64,000 nucleotides of DNA from Escherichia coli (GTDB lineage Bacteria > Pseudomonadota > Gammaproteobacteria > Enterobacterales > Enterobacteriaceae). The notes under the pieces are model-generated. The model was not told the origin of the DNA. It worked only from the letters and a program-made list of their open reading frames with translations, and ran no database searches. Shown piece by piece: positions 51,044 to 62,194 of the stretch. A program made the position numbers and the translations under genes. Position 1 is the first letter of the stretch. Each line of letters starts with the position of its first letter. The stretch lies in NCBI RefSeq assembly GCF_048403405.1, contig NZ_CP183129.1. One strand, written 5' to 3'.

Positions 51044-52450
51044 TTACAGCCGTTCTTGAATAAGTTTGCCTAATTGTTTAACCGCCTGTTCTTCACGTTC
51101 TCCCCACTGCCACGCGGTATTAAAACGGAAAAAACGTGACCAGTTTTCACCGGTAGAAAACATTTTACCCGGCGCAATACTGATATGATGCGCCAGTGCC
51201 GCCAGGCTTAATTCGCCCGCATCTAACGGTTCGGGAAGCTCCAGCCAGAGAAAATAACCGCTGTCATTATGATGAATTTTCACTTCCGCAGGCAGATAAC
51301 GCAGCAGTGCTTGCCAGGCACGTTGTTTACGTTCCGCAAGCTGGCGACGCAGGCGACGAAGATGGGCGTCGTATCGGCGCGTGGAAAGGTAATCCACCAG
51401 AGCAAGCTGCATCGGTGAGCTGGTGGAAAGCGTACTCATCAACTGCAAGCGTTGAATTTTACGTGCATGTTTTCCGGCGGCGACCCAACCAATACGAAAA
51501 CCAGGCACCAGACATTTCGAAAACGAAGAGCAATGCAAAACACCATCGTGGTGATCCCACGCTTTCGCAGGCAGCGGTTTTTCCCGTCCAAAATAAAGTT
51601 CGCTGTAAACGTCATCTTCAATCAGCGTTACGTTGTACTGATTGAGCAACGCTACCAGCCGCGCTTTTTTCTGCGGCGTTAAGGTAAATCCGAGTGGATT
51701 CTGGCTATTAGTCATCAGCCAGCACGCTTTCACCGGATACTCCTGCAACGCCAGTTCCAGCGCCTTGAGATCAATCCCTTCTTTAACGTCCGTCGCCACC
51801 GATAACGCCTTCAGCCGTAACCGCTCCAGCGCCTGCAACGCGCCGTAGAAACAAGGATTCTCTACTATCACCCAATCGCCCGGTTCAGTGACCGCTTGTA
51901 AACTGAGGTTTAATGCCTCTAACGCCCCGGCGGTAATGACAATTTCATCAGGAGAAATAGTGATGCCCTGTAAGGCATAACGACGAGCAATAGCCTGACG
52001 CAGTTCTGCGTTTCCTGGCGGTAAGTTTTCAATCACGCTCATCGCCGTGGCGGTTTTGCTTACCTGCGCCAGCGAGCGGTTTAGTTGTTGGAGGGGGAAA
52101 AGTCGCGGGTCGGGAAAGGCCGAGGCAAACGGAACTACCGACGGATCGCGACTGGCCTGCAACATATCAAAAATATAGGTGTTGATATCGACTGCTTCAT
52201 CTCGAGTGACAGGAATGACTGGCGCTTTCGGCATTTTTATTGCCTGTGGCGCAACGTAATAACCCGACTGCGGTCGAGCGATAATATGTCCCTGACTTTC
52301 GAGCAACTGATAGGCATGGCTGACAGTCATAAAGCTCATGCCAGAAAGCGCCACCTGGTCACGCAACGAAGGCAAACGATCGCCAGGTTGCCAGATACCC
52401 GACGCAATCTGCTCGCGTAATTGTTCTGCAAGCTGCTGGTATTTTTTCAT
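51044..52450 (-). CDS. ydcR: MocR/GntR-family regulator fused to an aminotransferase-like PLP domain
   Basis: 468 aa; N-terminal wHTH then fold-type I aminotransferase-like domain. Confidence 0.9.
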   Translation of the reverse strand: MKKYQQLAEQLREQIASGIWQPGDRLPSLRDQVALSGMSFMTVSHAYQLLESQGHIIARPQSGYYVAPQAIKMPKAPVIPVTRDEAVDINTYIFDMLQASRDPSVVPFASAFPDPRLFPLQQLNRSLAQVSKTATAMSVIENLPPGNAELRQAIARRYALQGITISPDEIVITAGALEALNLSLQAVTEPGDWVIVENPCFYGALQALERLRLKALSVATDVKEGIDLKALELALQEYPVKACWLMTNSQNPLGFTLTPQKKARLVALLNQYNVTLIEDDVYSELYFGREKPLPAKAWDHHDGVLHCSSFSKCLVPGFRIGWVAAGKHARKIQRLQLMSTLSTSSPMQLALVDYLSTRRYDAHLRRLRRQLAERKQRAWQALLRYLPAEVKIHHNDSGYFLWLELPEPLDAGELSLAALAHHISIAPGKMFSTGENWSRFFRFNTAWQWGEREEQAVKQLGKLIQERL

Positions 52451-52528
52451 TATCGAATCGTAATTATGTGCAGATGATTCGGCAGTCTATATCAGTTGTT
52501 AAAAATGACAACTTTTCGTTAACTGTAA

Positions 52529-52945
<417 letters not shown>

Positions 52946-52990
52946 AATTTCGACTGTCTCTCGCATGTCATTAACCTTTTTAATTGGCGA

Positions 52991-53167
52991 TTAACTCAAA
53001 CCGAGTTGCTTCAGGATTGCTTTACGCAATGGTTCTTTTATCTCATCACTGGGGTGACGCGGCATGACACTGCGTCGCCCTTGAAACCTGAGTTTCAAAT
53101 GGTTGCTGCCATTCGCCACATCGACGCCCTGAGATTCGAGCCAACGTCTGAACTCGCTTTGTTTCAC
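52991..53167 (-). CDS. hicA: HicA mRNA interferase toxin
   Basis: 58 aa, GTG start with GGAGG SD; translated by hand: (M)KQSEFRRWLESQGVDVANGSNHLKLRFQGRRSVMPRHPSDEIKEPLRKAILKQLGLS; below ORF-track cutoff. Confidence 0.8.
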   Translation of the reverse strand: MKQSEFRRWLESQGVDVANGSNHLKLRFQGRRSVMPRHPSDEIKEPLRKAILKQLGLS

Positions 53168-53388
53168 ATCACCTCCCTGCCGCTGAGTATATCAACAAAG
53201 TAAACATTAGTGTTTACCTCCGTGTGTAATTTGCTCGAAAATAGCACTAAATCGCCGCAACGGCAGAATGCAATGCAAAATCAGGAAGGAAGATTCCAGA
53301 ATTTCTTTGCGCTAATTTGCAAAACTGAATAATAACCTCAAGAAACGATCGGCATCATAGCGGCAAAAGGTCAGAAAAAGGTGGTGGG

Positions 53389-53619
53389 ATGTTTTCGAAG
53401 GTGTTATCGGTTGTCTTATTAACGTGTGCGCTGTTCTCAGGACAACTCATGGCAGGGCACAAAGGACATGAATTTGTGTGGGTAAAGAATGTGGATCATC
53501 AGCTGCGTCATGAAGCGGACAGCGATGAATTGCGTGCTGTGGCGGAAGAGTCGGCGGAAGGTTTGCGCGAGCATTTTTACTGGCAAAAATCGCGCAAACC
53601 AGAAGCGGGACAGCGTTGA
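53389..53619 (+). CDS. yncJ: Small secreted protein (DUF2554-like)
   Basis: 76 aa with signal peptide. Confidence 0.85.
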   Translation: MFSKVLSVVLLTCALFSGQLMAGHKGHEFVWVKNVDHQLRHEADSDELRAVAEESAEGLREHFYWQKSRKPEAGQR

Positions 53620-53628
53620 GTCATTTGT

Positions 53629-53661
53629 TGCCGGATGCGGCATGACGCCTTACCCGGCAGG
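53629..53661. repeat. REP element after yncJ
   Basis: gccggatgcggcatgacgccttacccggcaggc matches the REP consensus. Confidence 0.7.
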
Positions 53662-53710
53662 CAATATCATGCAGATTTGATGAGTTGTGAGTAACCAGAA
53701 AACTGGCGTT

Positions 53711-55672
53711 TTACCCTTTTCGCTTCGGTAAAGTTTTCAGCAGCTCATCCGGACTTACGGATGCCACTACGCTTCCCGGTAACGGCATTTTCAGTATGTG
53801 ATTTTTGATTTTGCCAATGACGTGCATCTCGCATGGGCGGCAATCAAACTTTAGCGTTAACACTTCATCACCGTTAACCAGTTGCATTGGCGTCGCCTTC
53901 CAGCTTTTGATATTGCCTTTCGCCTGTTTCGGGCACAGATTGAAGGCAAAGCGCAGACAATGCTTAGTGATCATCACCGGGACTTCGCCCTTCTCTTCAT
54001 GTGCCTCATACGCCGCGTCAATCAGCTGCACACCATAGCGATGATAAAATTCACGCGCTTTCTGGTTGTATACGTTCGCGAGGAAACTCAGATGCGTTTG
54101 CGGATAAACCGGCGCAGGATCAGCAACCGGTTTACGGCTGCCCCGCTGGTAACAGGCTAGACGTGCAGCATCCAGCATGTCGGCGGCTTCACGGCGGAAC
54201 TGGTTTAACAGACTGTTTGGTACAAACAGCGCCCCGGGCAAATTAATTTGCACATCGCGGGCGTAATAGATGGTTTGCCCCAGTTTTGCCAGACCATCCT
54301 TCAGATTGTTCATTGCTTTTTCGGCGTTATTGGCTTCGTCGAATTGCCCGTCCAGGGTATGCGTGACGCTGACACCCTCTTCACTGGTGAGGGTCAGAAT
54401 CAGTTGTTCCTGCCAGCCGCCCAGTTCAATGTCTACCGCCACCCGACGTTCGCTGGATGTTTTTGTCAGTGCCTGCTGCCAGTTATGATCAAGATTACGG
54501 TTTAGTGGGTGATGCGGGCGAATTTTGTGCAAATCTGCTGGCATTTCATTTGGCCAGACGCGGTACTGATTTTCTCCGGTTTTCTCTACCGTATTGGCAC
54601 GAAAACCGACTACTTCACGTTTAATCATCACGTTCAGGCCATCGCCATTTGCCAGTGGCTCGGTGACGGCAACATCAAGATGATCTTTCGCCACTTTCAA
54701 TACTTCACCCACCGGCAGGCCGATAAATTTCGGCGAATCGAACGCGCCAATATCGCCTTTACGGGCATTCACAAAATAATCTGTGCTACCACGGTGGAAA
54801 GTCTTTTCCGTCGATGGAACAAAGAAATGTTCAGTACGACCTGATGAAGCACGCGCCAGATCGCCACGTTCTTCAATAATGGCATCCAGCATTTGGCGAT
54901 AATGCGCGGTGATATTCTTCACGTAGCTCATATCTTTGTAACGCCCTTCAATCTTGAAGGAGCGCACGCCAGCATCAATCAGCGCGCCAAGGTTGGCAGT
55001 CTGATCGTTATCTTTCATCGACAGCAGATGTTTTTCATAAGAAACCACCCGCCCCTGATCGTCTTTCAATGTGTATGGCAAACGGCATGCCTGCGAGCAA
55101 TCGCCACGGTTGGCGCTACGCCCTGTTTGCGCATGAGAAATGTAGCACTGACCAGAATAGGCCACGCACAATGCACCATGAATAAAGAATTCAATGGTCG
55201 CGTCCGTGGCCTGGTGAATCGCGCGGATCTGCTCAAGATTCAGCTCTCGCGCTAGCACTATCTGCGTGAAACCAACATCAGAGAGGAACTTCGCTTTTTC
55301 TACTGTGCGAATATCGCACTGCGTACTGGCGTGAAGTTCAATCGGCGGAATATCAAGTTCCAGAATCCCCATATCCTGAACAATCAGCGCATCGACGCCA
55401 GTCTGGTAGAGGTCGGTAATCAGCCGTTGCGCAGGTTCCAGCTCATCATCATGCAAAATGGTGTTAAGCGTGACGAAAATTTTTGCACCATAACGATGGG
55501 CAAATGGCACCAGTTCGGCAATATCTTTCAGGCTATTACTGGCATTATGACGGGCACCAAAACCAGGGCCGCCGATATAAACAGCATCGGCACCGTGCAA
55601 AATAGCTTCGCGGGCAATGGCGGCATCGCGTGCCGGGCTTAACAGTTCAAGTCGATGAGAAGATACGGTCAC
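53711..55672 (-). CDS. ydcP: Peptidase U32-family protein (RlhA-type)
   Basis: ORF 53711..55714; start set at the GTG giving 653 aa (length recalled for K-12 YdcP); start uncertain. Confidence 0.85.
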   Translation of the reverse strand: MTVSSHRLELLSPARDAAIAREAILHGADAVYIGGPGFGARHNASNSLKDIAELVPFAHRYGAKIFVTLNTILHDDELEPAQRLITDLYQTGVDALIVQDMGILELDIPPIELHASTQCDIRTVEKAKFLSDVGFTQIVLARELNLEQIRAIHQATDATIEFFIHGALCVAYSGQCYISHAQTGRSANRGDCSQACRLPYTLKDDQGRVVSYEKHLLSMKDNDQTANLGALIDAGVRSFKIEGRYKDMSYVKNITAHYRQMLDAIIEERGDLARASSGRTEHFFVPSTEKTFHRGSTDYFVNARKGDIGAFDSPKFIGLPVGEVLKVAKDHLDVAVTEPLANGDGLNVMIKREVVGFRANTVEKTGENQYRVWPNEMPADLHKIRPHHPLNRNLDHNWQQALTKTSSERRVAVDIELGGWQEQLILTLTSEEGVSVTHTLDGQFDEANNAEKAMNNLKDGLAKLGQTIYYARDVQINLPGALFVPNSLLNQFRREAADMLDAARLACYQRGSRKPVADPAPVYPQTHLSFLANVYNQKAREFYHRYGVQLIDAAYEAHEEKGEVPVMITKHCLRFAFNLCPKQAKGNIKSWKATPMQLVNGDEVLTLKFDCRPCEMHVIGKIKNHILKMPLPGSVVASVSPDELLKTLPKRKG

Positions 55673-55744
55673 ATTCTTATCCAGTAGCTGAAAAATGGCG
55701 GCTATTTTAGCCACAAGCGCGACGTTGCGAAATAGTTTTCCCGC

Positions 55745-56281
55745 TTAACTGCGTGGGTAATGGATGAGGGAATGAAAATGTACGATTTGCTCCCCACCAT
55801 TACGATAGATATGCGTAACGTCTGCAGCAAATCGAGCGCCTTCTCCACAATTAAGGCTCTGCCATTCACCATCAACGCACAGATCAAGTTGCCCATCAAT
55901 GACGACAACATGTTCGATTACTCCCTTCTCATGGGGCGTCGATTCACTTATTGCACCAGGTGCCATCTGAATCGAGAAGTGTTCAAAGCAGAGTTGTGGA
56001 TCATAAGGAAACAGTGAAGTGATCACCATCGCCTGCTGTTGTGGATCATAAACTGAAGGCGTAGCGGACTGTGGCGGAGAAATAAATGTCGAAAATGGCA
56101 CGTTCAACCCGGTGGCAATTTTCCATAATGTCGCGACCGTCGGGCTGGATTCATTACGCTCAATCTGCCCTAACATCGCTTTAGAAACGCCCGTCGCTTC
56201 TGCCAGTCGCGAAAGACTCCAGCCGCGCTGCTGACGTAGTTGTTTAAGTGTGGTGGATAAAAAGCGAGTGAGATTTTCCAT
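55745..56281 (-). CDS. sutR: HTH (XRE) plus cupin transcriptional regulator
   Basis: 178 aa; N-terminal HTH, C-terminal cupin. Confidence 0.88.
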   Translation of the reverse strand: MENLTRFLSTTLKQLRQQRGWSLSRLAEATGVSKAMLGQIERNESSPTVATLWKIATGLNVPFSTFISPPQSATPSVYDPQQQAMVITSLFPYDPQLCFEHFSIQMAPGAISESTPHEKGVIEHVVVIDGQLDLCVDGEWQSLNCGEGARFAADVTHIYRNGGEQIVHFHSLIHYPRS

Positions 56282-56372
56282 GTGACTCCTCCGGCAAAGC
56301 GGAAGTTTATCACTTGTGCGTTATAACGGACAAATGCTACGGTGCCTGTATGCTATAACGCACGAGGTGACT

Positions 56373-57545
56373 ATGCGTCTGTTTTCTATTCCTCCACCCA
56401 CGCTACTGGCGGGGTTTCTGGCGGTATTAATTGGCTACGCCAGTTCAGCGGCAATAATCTGGCAAGCAGCGATTGTCGCCGGAGCCACCACTGCACAAAT
56501 CTCTGGCTGGATGACGGCGCTGGGGCTGGCAATGGGCGTCAGTACGCTGGCTCTGACATTATGGTATCGCGTACCTGTTCTCACCGCATGGTCAACGCCT
56601 GGCGCGGCTTTGTTGGTCACCGGATTACAGGGACTAACACTTAACGAAGCCATCGGCGTTTTTATTGTCACCAACGCGTTAATAGTCCTCTGCGGCATAA
56701 CGGGACTCTTTGCTCGTCTGATGCGCATTATTCCGCACTCGCTTGCGGCGGCAATGCTTGCCGGGATTTTATTACGCTTTGGTTTACAGGCGTTTGCCAG
56801 TCTGGATGATCAATTTACGTTGTGTGGCAGTATGTTGCTGGTATGGCTGGCAACCAGGGCCGTTGCGCCGCGCTATGCGGTAATTGCCGCGATGATTATT
56901 GGGATCGTCATCGTTATCGCGCAAGGTGACGTTGTCACAAATGATGTTGTCTTTAAACCCGTTCTCCCCACTTATATTACCCCTGATTTTTCGTTTGCTC
57001 ACAGTCTGAGCGTTGCACTCCCCCTTTTTCTGGTGACGATGGCATCGCAAAACGCACCGGGTATCGCAGCAATGAAAGCTGCCGGGTATTCGGCTCCTGT
57101 TTCGCCGTTGATTGTGTTTACTGGATTGCTGGCGCTTGTTTTTTCCCCTTTCGGCGTTTATTCCGTCGGTATTGCGGCAATCACCGCAGCTATTTGTCAA
57201 AGCCCGGAAGCGCATCCAGATAAAGATCAACGTTGGCTGGCAGCTGCCGTTGCCGGCATTTTTTATTTGCTCGCAGGTCTTTTTGGTAGTGCTATTACCG
57301 GGATGATGGCTGCCCTGCCCGTAAGTTGGATCCAGATGCTGGCAGGTCTGGCGCTGTTAAGTACCATTGGCGGCAGTTTGTATCAGGCGCTGCATAATGA
57401 GCGTGAGCGAGACGCGGCGGTGGTGGCATTTCTGGTAACGGCAAGTGGATTGACGCTGGTCGGGATTGGTTCTGCGTTCTGGGGATTAATTGCCGGAGGC
57501 GTTTGTTACGTGGTGTTGAATTTAATCGCTCACAGAAACCGATAA
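56373..57545 (+). CDS. ydcO: BenE-family transporter (benzoate membrane transport protein-like)
   Basis: 390 aa from MRLFSIPPPTLLAGFLAV within ORF 56316..57545. Confidence 0.88.
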   Translation: MRLFSIPPPTLLAGFLAVLIGYASSAAIIWQAAIVAGATTAQISGWMTALGLAMGVSTLALTLWYRVPVLTAWSTPGAALLVTGLQGLTLNEAIGVFIVTNALIVLCGITGLFARLMRIIPHSLAAAMLAGILLRFGLQAFASLDDQFTLCGSMLLVWLATRAVAPRYAVIAAMIIGIVIVIAQGDVVTNDVVFKPVLPTYITPDFSFAHSLSVALPLFLVTMASQNAPGIAAMKAAGYSAPVSPLIVFTGLLALVFSPFGVYSVGIAAITAAICQSPEAHPDKDQRWLAAAVAGIFYLLAGLFGSAITGMMAALPVSWIQMLAGLALLSTIGGSLYQALHNERERDAAVVAFLVTASGLTLVGIGSAFWGLIAGGVCYVVLNLIAHRNR

Positions 57546-57579
57546 TAAAAAGCGCCATCTTACGATGGCGCGGCTGGAA

Positions 57580-58248
57580 TTACTTTTTGTTAACGTCAAA
57601 CATAGTGGCATCGGTCGCCATGTCATCAATAACTTGTTTAATATTTTCGAAAGCCATTGGCGTACTTTCGTTATTCAGGTCTTTACCTTCGCCCTGACGA
57701 ACGACTTTGATAACCGGTTTATTAGTCGCTGCATCAATCAGCTCACCTTCAAAATAGAGGCGAGTATCCATGGTACGGTGGCCTGTAGCCATTTGCGTCC
57801 CCGCAACCACTAATGCAACAGGAACCACTTCATAGAATTGCAGCCCTTCTTTGCTGGTATCTACACCGGTAATGGCCCCACGGAAAATCAGACTACGCGG
57901 CCCAGCGGTGGTAACCAGTGGTTTACGCTGCGCTATCGCTTCTTTCATTTCGGTGTTGGTATAGTTCAAAATTTTATCCAGAACTTTCTGCCCTACCTGG
58001 GTAGAAGGTTTTGGCACCGGATAATAAGTGATTGGGTTCCAGACGATGCTGTCATATTTGCTTTGATCAAAACTCGGGTCTACCCAACGTAAAACAGGTT
58101 TACCTGTTGCTGAGGTTGTTTCTTTTAAATCAGAGTAATTGTTTAAAAAACCAGAATATTTATCTGGCTGGGTGATTTTAGAGGCACAACCAGACAGAGC
58201 CAACAAGCCGCATAAAGCTGCAACTTTCGCAAATGATGTAGTACGCAT
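57580..58248 (-). CDS. ydcL: Lipoprotein
   Basis: 222 aa; lipobox LALSGC. Confidence 0.88.
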   Translation of the reverse strand: MRTTSFAKVAALCGLLALSGCASKITQPDKYSGFLNNYSDLKETTSATGKPVLRWVDPSFDQSKYDSIVWNPITYYPVPKPSTQVGQKVLDKILNYTNTEMKEAIAQRKPLVTTAGPRSLIFRGAITGVDTSKEGLQFYEVVPVALVVAGTQMATGHRTMDTRLYFEGELIDAATNKPVIKVVRQGEGKDLNNESTPMAFENIKQVIDDMATDATMFDVNKK

Positions 58249-58550
58249 GAATAGTTTCCTGAGATGATTATATTACTTTCTAAGTTATAGCAAAAAGCGC
58301 CGCTTCGTGTTGTGGCAAAAAAAGTGTTGGTGAAAATAAATTTTTTAGCCCCTTTTCAGACGACATAGTCAATGCCGAAAAAGGGGCTAAGTCAATCATC
58401 AGTAGTTAAATTTCAGTAAGTTAAGCGGCTAAAAAACTTCGACTACTGTGATTGATTTCACATCCCTTCGATAAAAAATATGCTTACCGAAAAGAAGAAC
58501 AGTAAACCATCTCAGCGTGGGGAATTTTCACGCGCTTTGTTCTTACCGGA

Positions 58551-59144
58551 TCATTTTTTACGTGCCAGCATCGTGGCGAAACGCAGTTTAATACGATTAC
58601 CGTTGGCGTCGGTGCGGTGCAGCTCGCCGACGTCTTCATTGTATTTCACCCTCTCCCAGCCTTCGTAATATCGACGTAATTCTCCCTCTTTGAAGGCAAA
58701 CGGGAAGCCGACGGTACATGGATAATCAGCGGTATCCATCGCCGCCACAATCAGGTTGTAACCGCCAGGTTTAGTGCAACGTTGCATATTGGCAATCAGC
58801 CCTGGGATGGTTTTAGCCTCAAGGAACATCAGCACCACAGTCGAAAGAATAAAATCGTATTGCCCATCAAACGTGAGGTTATTCAGATCAACGACCCGGG
58901 TGTGTAAATTATCCAGATTTTCAATGGATTTAATGCGCTCGACGTTGGCGATACTCATGGCATTTTTATCCCATGCGTCAACTTCATAACCATTGGCTGC
59001 CAGGTAAAGACTGTTACGACCATTGCCACAGCCCAGATCCAGCGTTTTACCGGGTTTAACCACTTTCACCGCTTCCAGTACTTCAGAGTGTGTGCGGGTT
59101 AATTCATACTTATCAGTAAAATAGTTTTCGTCACGAATGATCAT
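58551..59144 (-). CDS. tehB: Tellurite methyltransferase (SAM-dependent)
   Basis: 197 aa; SAM motif [15 protein letters not shown]. Confidence 0.93.
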   Translation of the reverse strand: MIIRDENYFTDKYELTRTHSEVLEAVKVVKPGKTLDLGCGNGRNSLYLAANGYEVDAWDKNAMSIANVERIKSIENLDNLHTRVVDLNNLTFDGQYDFILSTVVLMFLEAKTIPGLIANMQRCTKPGGYNLIVAAMDTADYPCTVGFPFAFKEGELRRYYEGWERVKYNEDVGELHRTDANGNRIKLRFATMLARKK

Positions 59145-60133
59145 TCTTTGTCCTCTGCTTTCATTAAAACGGCGCGCTCGGTTCTGATTAACAATTTTCC
59201 TTGCATCAGAAGCGCAAAAGTACGGATGAGCAGTATTGCAATAATAAAATTGGTAAAGATAAACAGCGGCACCGCCAGCGTATGGAAAAATCCATTATCG
59301 CTGCCACTCCCCAGATGCAAACCGGTGGTTGCCAGTGCAGATACGCCGAACGAGAAACTCCAGAATGAAGCATTAAATGGCTGGGAGAGATACCATGGCA
59401 TCAGACGTAGCATAAACAGCAGTTGCAGCAGCCCATAACCGAAAAGCATTTTCGCCAGCGTGTCACCCTCGCCGCCGTTGACGCTCAGCCAGGCACTACA
59501 GGCCACGAGCGCAGGAGCGAGCTGAATGCCGAGTGATGTCCGCAGCGCCGTGGGTAATTCTCCCGAACTGCGCAGACGCTGCAAGATCACCGGTTCCAGG
59601 CTTAACCATGAGAAAACGCCTGCGCCTAAAAACACCAGACCGGCGTCGGTGTAGCCCAATGCACCACAGGCCATTGCGCTGATAAAGTTGTTGGCAACTG
59701 TCGGCAGATACAGTCCAGGCGTGGTAGCTTCTTCAGGGTGAGATCCGCGCCATAATCCCGCAGTTTGCCATGCGGCATAAGCCAGTTGCACCACGACACC
59801 AAAACTGAACAGGCACACCGCCAGTGGGCGAAACCACGGAACAAAACCAATCGCCACCAGCATCGTCGTTGCCGGAAACAAACTCACAAAACTGCTCAGC
59901 ACTGGATGGCGCACTTCCGCCAGCACGCTATGCGGAAAGCGTATGAGTCGGGTAATAAATGCGCCAGTCAATAATCCCCAGATGATCATCGCCAGAATCA
60001 CCAGCCCATCCCCTAACCAGTGGCTGACCTGCCAAACCTGGCTGGCATAGCGCCAGGCAAATCCCATCCCTATCGTCCCCAACACAATACCAAAATAGCC
60101 TGCCGGCAAATTGAGCACTTTATCGCTCTGCAT
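59141..60133 (-). CDS. tehA: Tellurite resistance membrane protein (TDT family)
   Basis: 330 aa from [19 protein letters not shown] within ORF 59141..60241; 4-nt overlap with tehB. Confidence 0.9.
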   Translation of the reverse strand: MQSDKVLNLPAGYFGIVLGTIGMGFAWRYASQVWQVSHWLGDGLVILAMIIWGLLTGAFITRLIRFPHSVLAEVRHPVLSSFVSLFPATTMLVAIGFVPWFRPLAVCLFSFGVVVQLAYAAWQTAGLWRGSHPEEATTPGLYLPTVANNFISAMACGALGYTDAGLVFLGAGVFSWLSLEPVILQRLRSSGELPTALRTSLGIQLAPALVACSAWLSVNGGEGDTLAKMLFGYGLLQLLFMLRLMPWYLSQPFNASFWSFSFGVSALATTGLHLGSGSDNGFFHTLAVPLFIFTNFIIAILLIRTFALLMQGKLLIRTERAVLMKAEDKE

Positions 60134-60256
60134 CTTCTTACTCATTTTGTTTAATTTATAAAGTATATTTGAAATGCATTTTATGGAATTTTCTCGAGCA
60201 TAGCCAGAGCCGCAGAATTTGCTACGGTTATAGTAAGTCACCTGTGGGAAAACGCT

Positions 60257-61237
60257 ATGCGCAAATATCGTCTAAGTGAAGAACAGCGAGCCTTTAGTTA
60301 TCAGGAAGATGGCACTAAAAAAAATGTGTTATTACGGCAGATTATCGCCATTAGCGATTTTAACGATGTGATAGCAGGAACCGCTGGCGGCTGGATCGAT
60401 CGCGAAACGGTGTTAGCACAGGAAGGAAATTGCTGGATTTACGACCAGAATGCTATTGCGTTCGGCGGAACGGTGATTTCCGGTAATACGCGTATCACCG
60501 GCACCAGCGTGCTGTGGGGAGAGGTTTACGCAACGGATAACGTCTGGATCGATAATAGTGAAATCAGCCAGGGTGCATATATAAGTGACAGTGTCACCAT
60601 TCATGACTCATTAGTTTACGGGCAATGTAGAATATTTGGTCACGCCTTAATTGATCAACATTCTATGATCGTCGCCGCACAAGGCTTAACGCCCGACCAT
60701 CAACTCCTGCTACAAATTTATGATCGCGCAAGGGTTAGCGCCTCGCGTATTGTTCACCAGGCACAAATTTATGGCGATGCCGTCGTCCGGTATGCTTTTA
60801 TTGAACATCGCGCCGAAGTTTTTGATTTTGCCAGCGTTGAAGGTAATGAAGAGAACAACGTCTGGCTATGCGATTGCGCTAAAGTCTACGGTCACGCGCA
60901 GGTGAAAGCTGGCATAGAAGAAGATGCCATTCCGACGATTCATTACAGTTCGCAGGTGGCGGAATATGCCATTGTGGAAGGTAATTGTGTGTTAAAACAT
61001 CATGTCTTGATTGGCGGAAATGCCGTGGTACGTGGCGGACCGATTCTGCTCGACGAGCACGTTGTAATACAAGGTGAGAGCCGTATTACAGGTGCGGTGA
61101 TAATTGAAAAACATGTGGAGTTAACCGACCACGCCGTCGTTGAAGCCTTTGATGGCGACACGGTTCATGTCCGTGGTCCAAAAGTCATTAACGGCGAGGA
61201 GCGCATTACGCGAACGCCGCTGGCAGGGTTATTGTGA
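60257..61237 (+). CDS. ydcK: Uncharacterised protein with left-handed beta-helix-like repeats
   Basis: 326 aa; position and length match K-12 ydcK. Confidence 0.85.
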   Translation: MRKYRLSEEQRAFSYQEDGTKKNVLLRQIIAISDFNDVIAGTAGGWIDRETVLAQEGNCWIYDQNAIAFGGTVISGNTRITGTSVLWGEVYATDNVWIDNSEISQGAYISDSVTIHDSLVYGQCRIFGHALIDQHSMIVAAQGLTPDHQLLLQIYDRARVSASRIVHQAQIYGDAVVRYAFIEHRAEVFDFASVEGNEENNVWLCDCAKVYGHAQVKAGIEEDAIPTIHYSSQVAEYAIVEGNCVLKHHVLIGGNAVVRGGPILLDEHVVIQGESRITGAVIIEKHVELTDHAVVEAFDGDTVHVRGPKVINGEERITRTPLAGLL

Positions 61238-61768
61238 ATCGATAATACGCGCGTATAAGTTCACATCATCATAGGCATCATTCAGGAACTCAGCCTGTTT
61301 CAGACAACCTTCAAGGATAAAACCATTGCGCAAAGCGACCTGGTTGCTTTGCGGATTGTCCACCCGACATTTGATCACGAAGCGTCTAAGTTCACCAGAC
61401 TGAGCGTAATGATGAATCAATGCCTGCAGCGCCTGAGAAATGATCCCCTGCCCCTGATGAGATTCGTCCAGCCAGTAGCCGATTTCAGCGGTTTTATTCA
61501 GTGGTTCAATACGATTAAACGAGATAACGCCGATAAGTTCATCTTCTTTGAAAATCATGAACATTTTGGCATATCCGCGTTGATGCAACATTACATTGCC
61601 CTGCACCGTTTTTCGCGTGTCCTCTTCACTTTGAACAAACTGCGGCCAGTTTAGCGACTGCTGTAACCAGGTTCTATTTTTACAGATTAACTGATAAAGA
61701 GGTGTGACATGACTTTCTGCAACAGCATGTAATTCAAGTGATTCACTTACTTTTATCGTTTCGGTCAT
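61229..61768 (-). CDS. rimL: Ribosomal protein L7/L12-serine N-acetyltransferase (GNAT)
   Basis: 179 aa from [16 protein letters not shown] with GGAG SD. Confidence 0.9.
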   Translation of the reverse strand: MTETIKVSESLELHAVAESHVTPLYQLICKNRTWLQQSLNWPQFVQSEEDTRKTVQGNVMLHQRGYAKMFMIFKEDELIGVISFNRIEPLNKTAEIGYWLDESHQGQGIISQALQALIHHYAQSGELRRFVIKCRVDNPQSNQVALRNGFILEGCLKQAEFLNDAYDDVNLYARIIDSQ

Positions 61769-61830
61769 CTTATCTCCAGTCAATCCATGCAGTTGTTAAA
61801 AAAGCCGCCTGGCTGGCGGCTTAGGAAAGT

Positions 61831-62055
61831 TTACACCTCTTTGACGCTCTCCTGCTGCAGGATTTTGAGCATCTCATCTTTTAACTGTAGCTTTTGTTTT
61901 TTCATGCGGACCACTTCCGCATTGTACCCTCGACCGTCGGAACCTTCCTTTCTGGCAATTTCATGATCAAGTTTATTGTGTTTATCGAACAAGGACATAA
62001 AGCGAGGATTTTCGTTTTTCAGACGGGATATTAAATCTCGGTATTCTGGAAACAT
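61831..62055 (-). CDS. ydcH: DUF465-family small protein
   Basis: 74 aa from MFPEYRDLISRLKNENPRF. Confidence 0.85.
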   Translation of the reverse strand: MFPEYRDLISRLKNENPRFMSLFDKHNKLDHEIARKEGSDGRGYNAEVVRMKKQKLQLKDEMLKILQQESVKEV

Positions 62056-62194
62056 ACGCACTCCCTGTTAGTGGCTGACAAGGTGTATCTGAAATACACA
62101 CTATCAGATTACTCATTTAACTTAGGGAAAAATGCGAGCGGGATCGTGTTTAACCAGACGGCACCTCCCGAAGAAGGTGCCGAAGAAAAAACGA

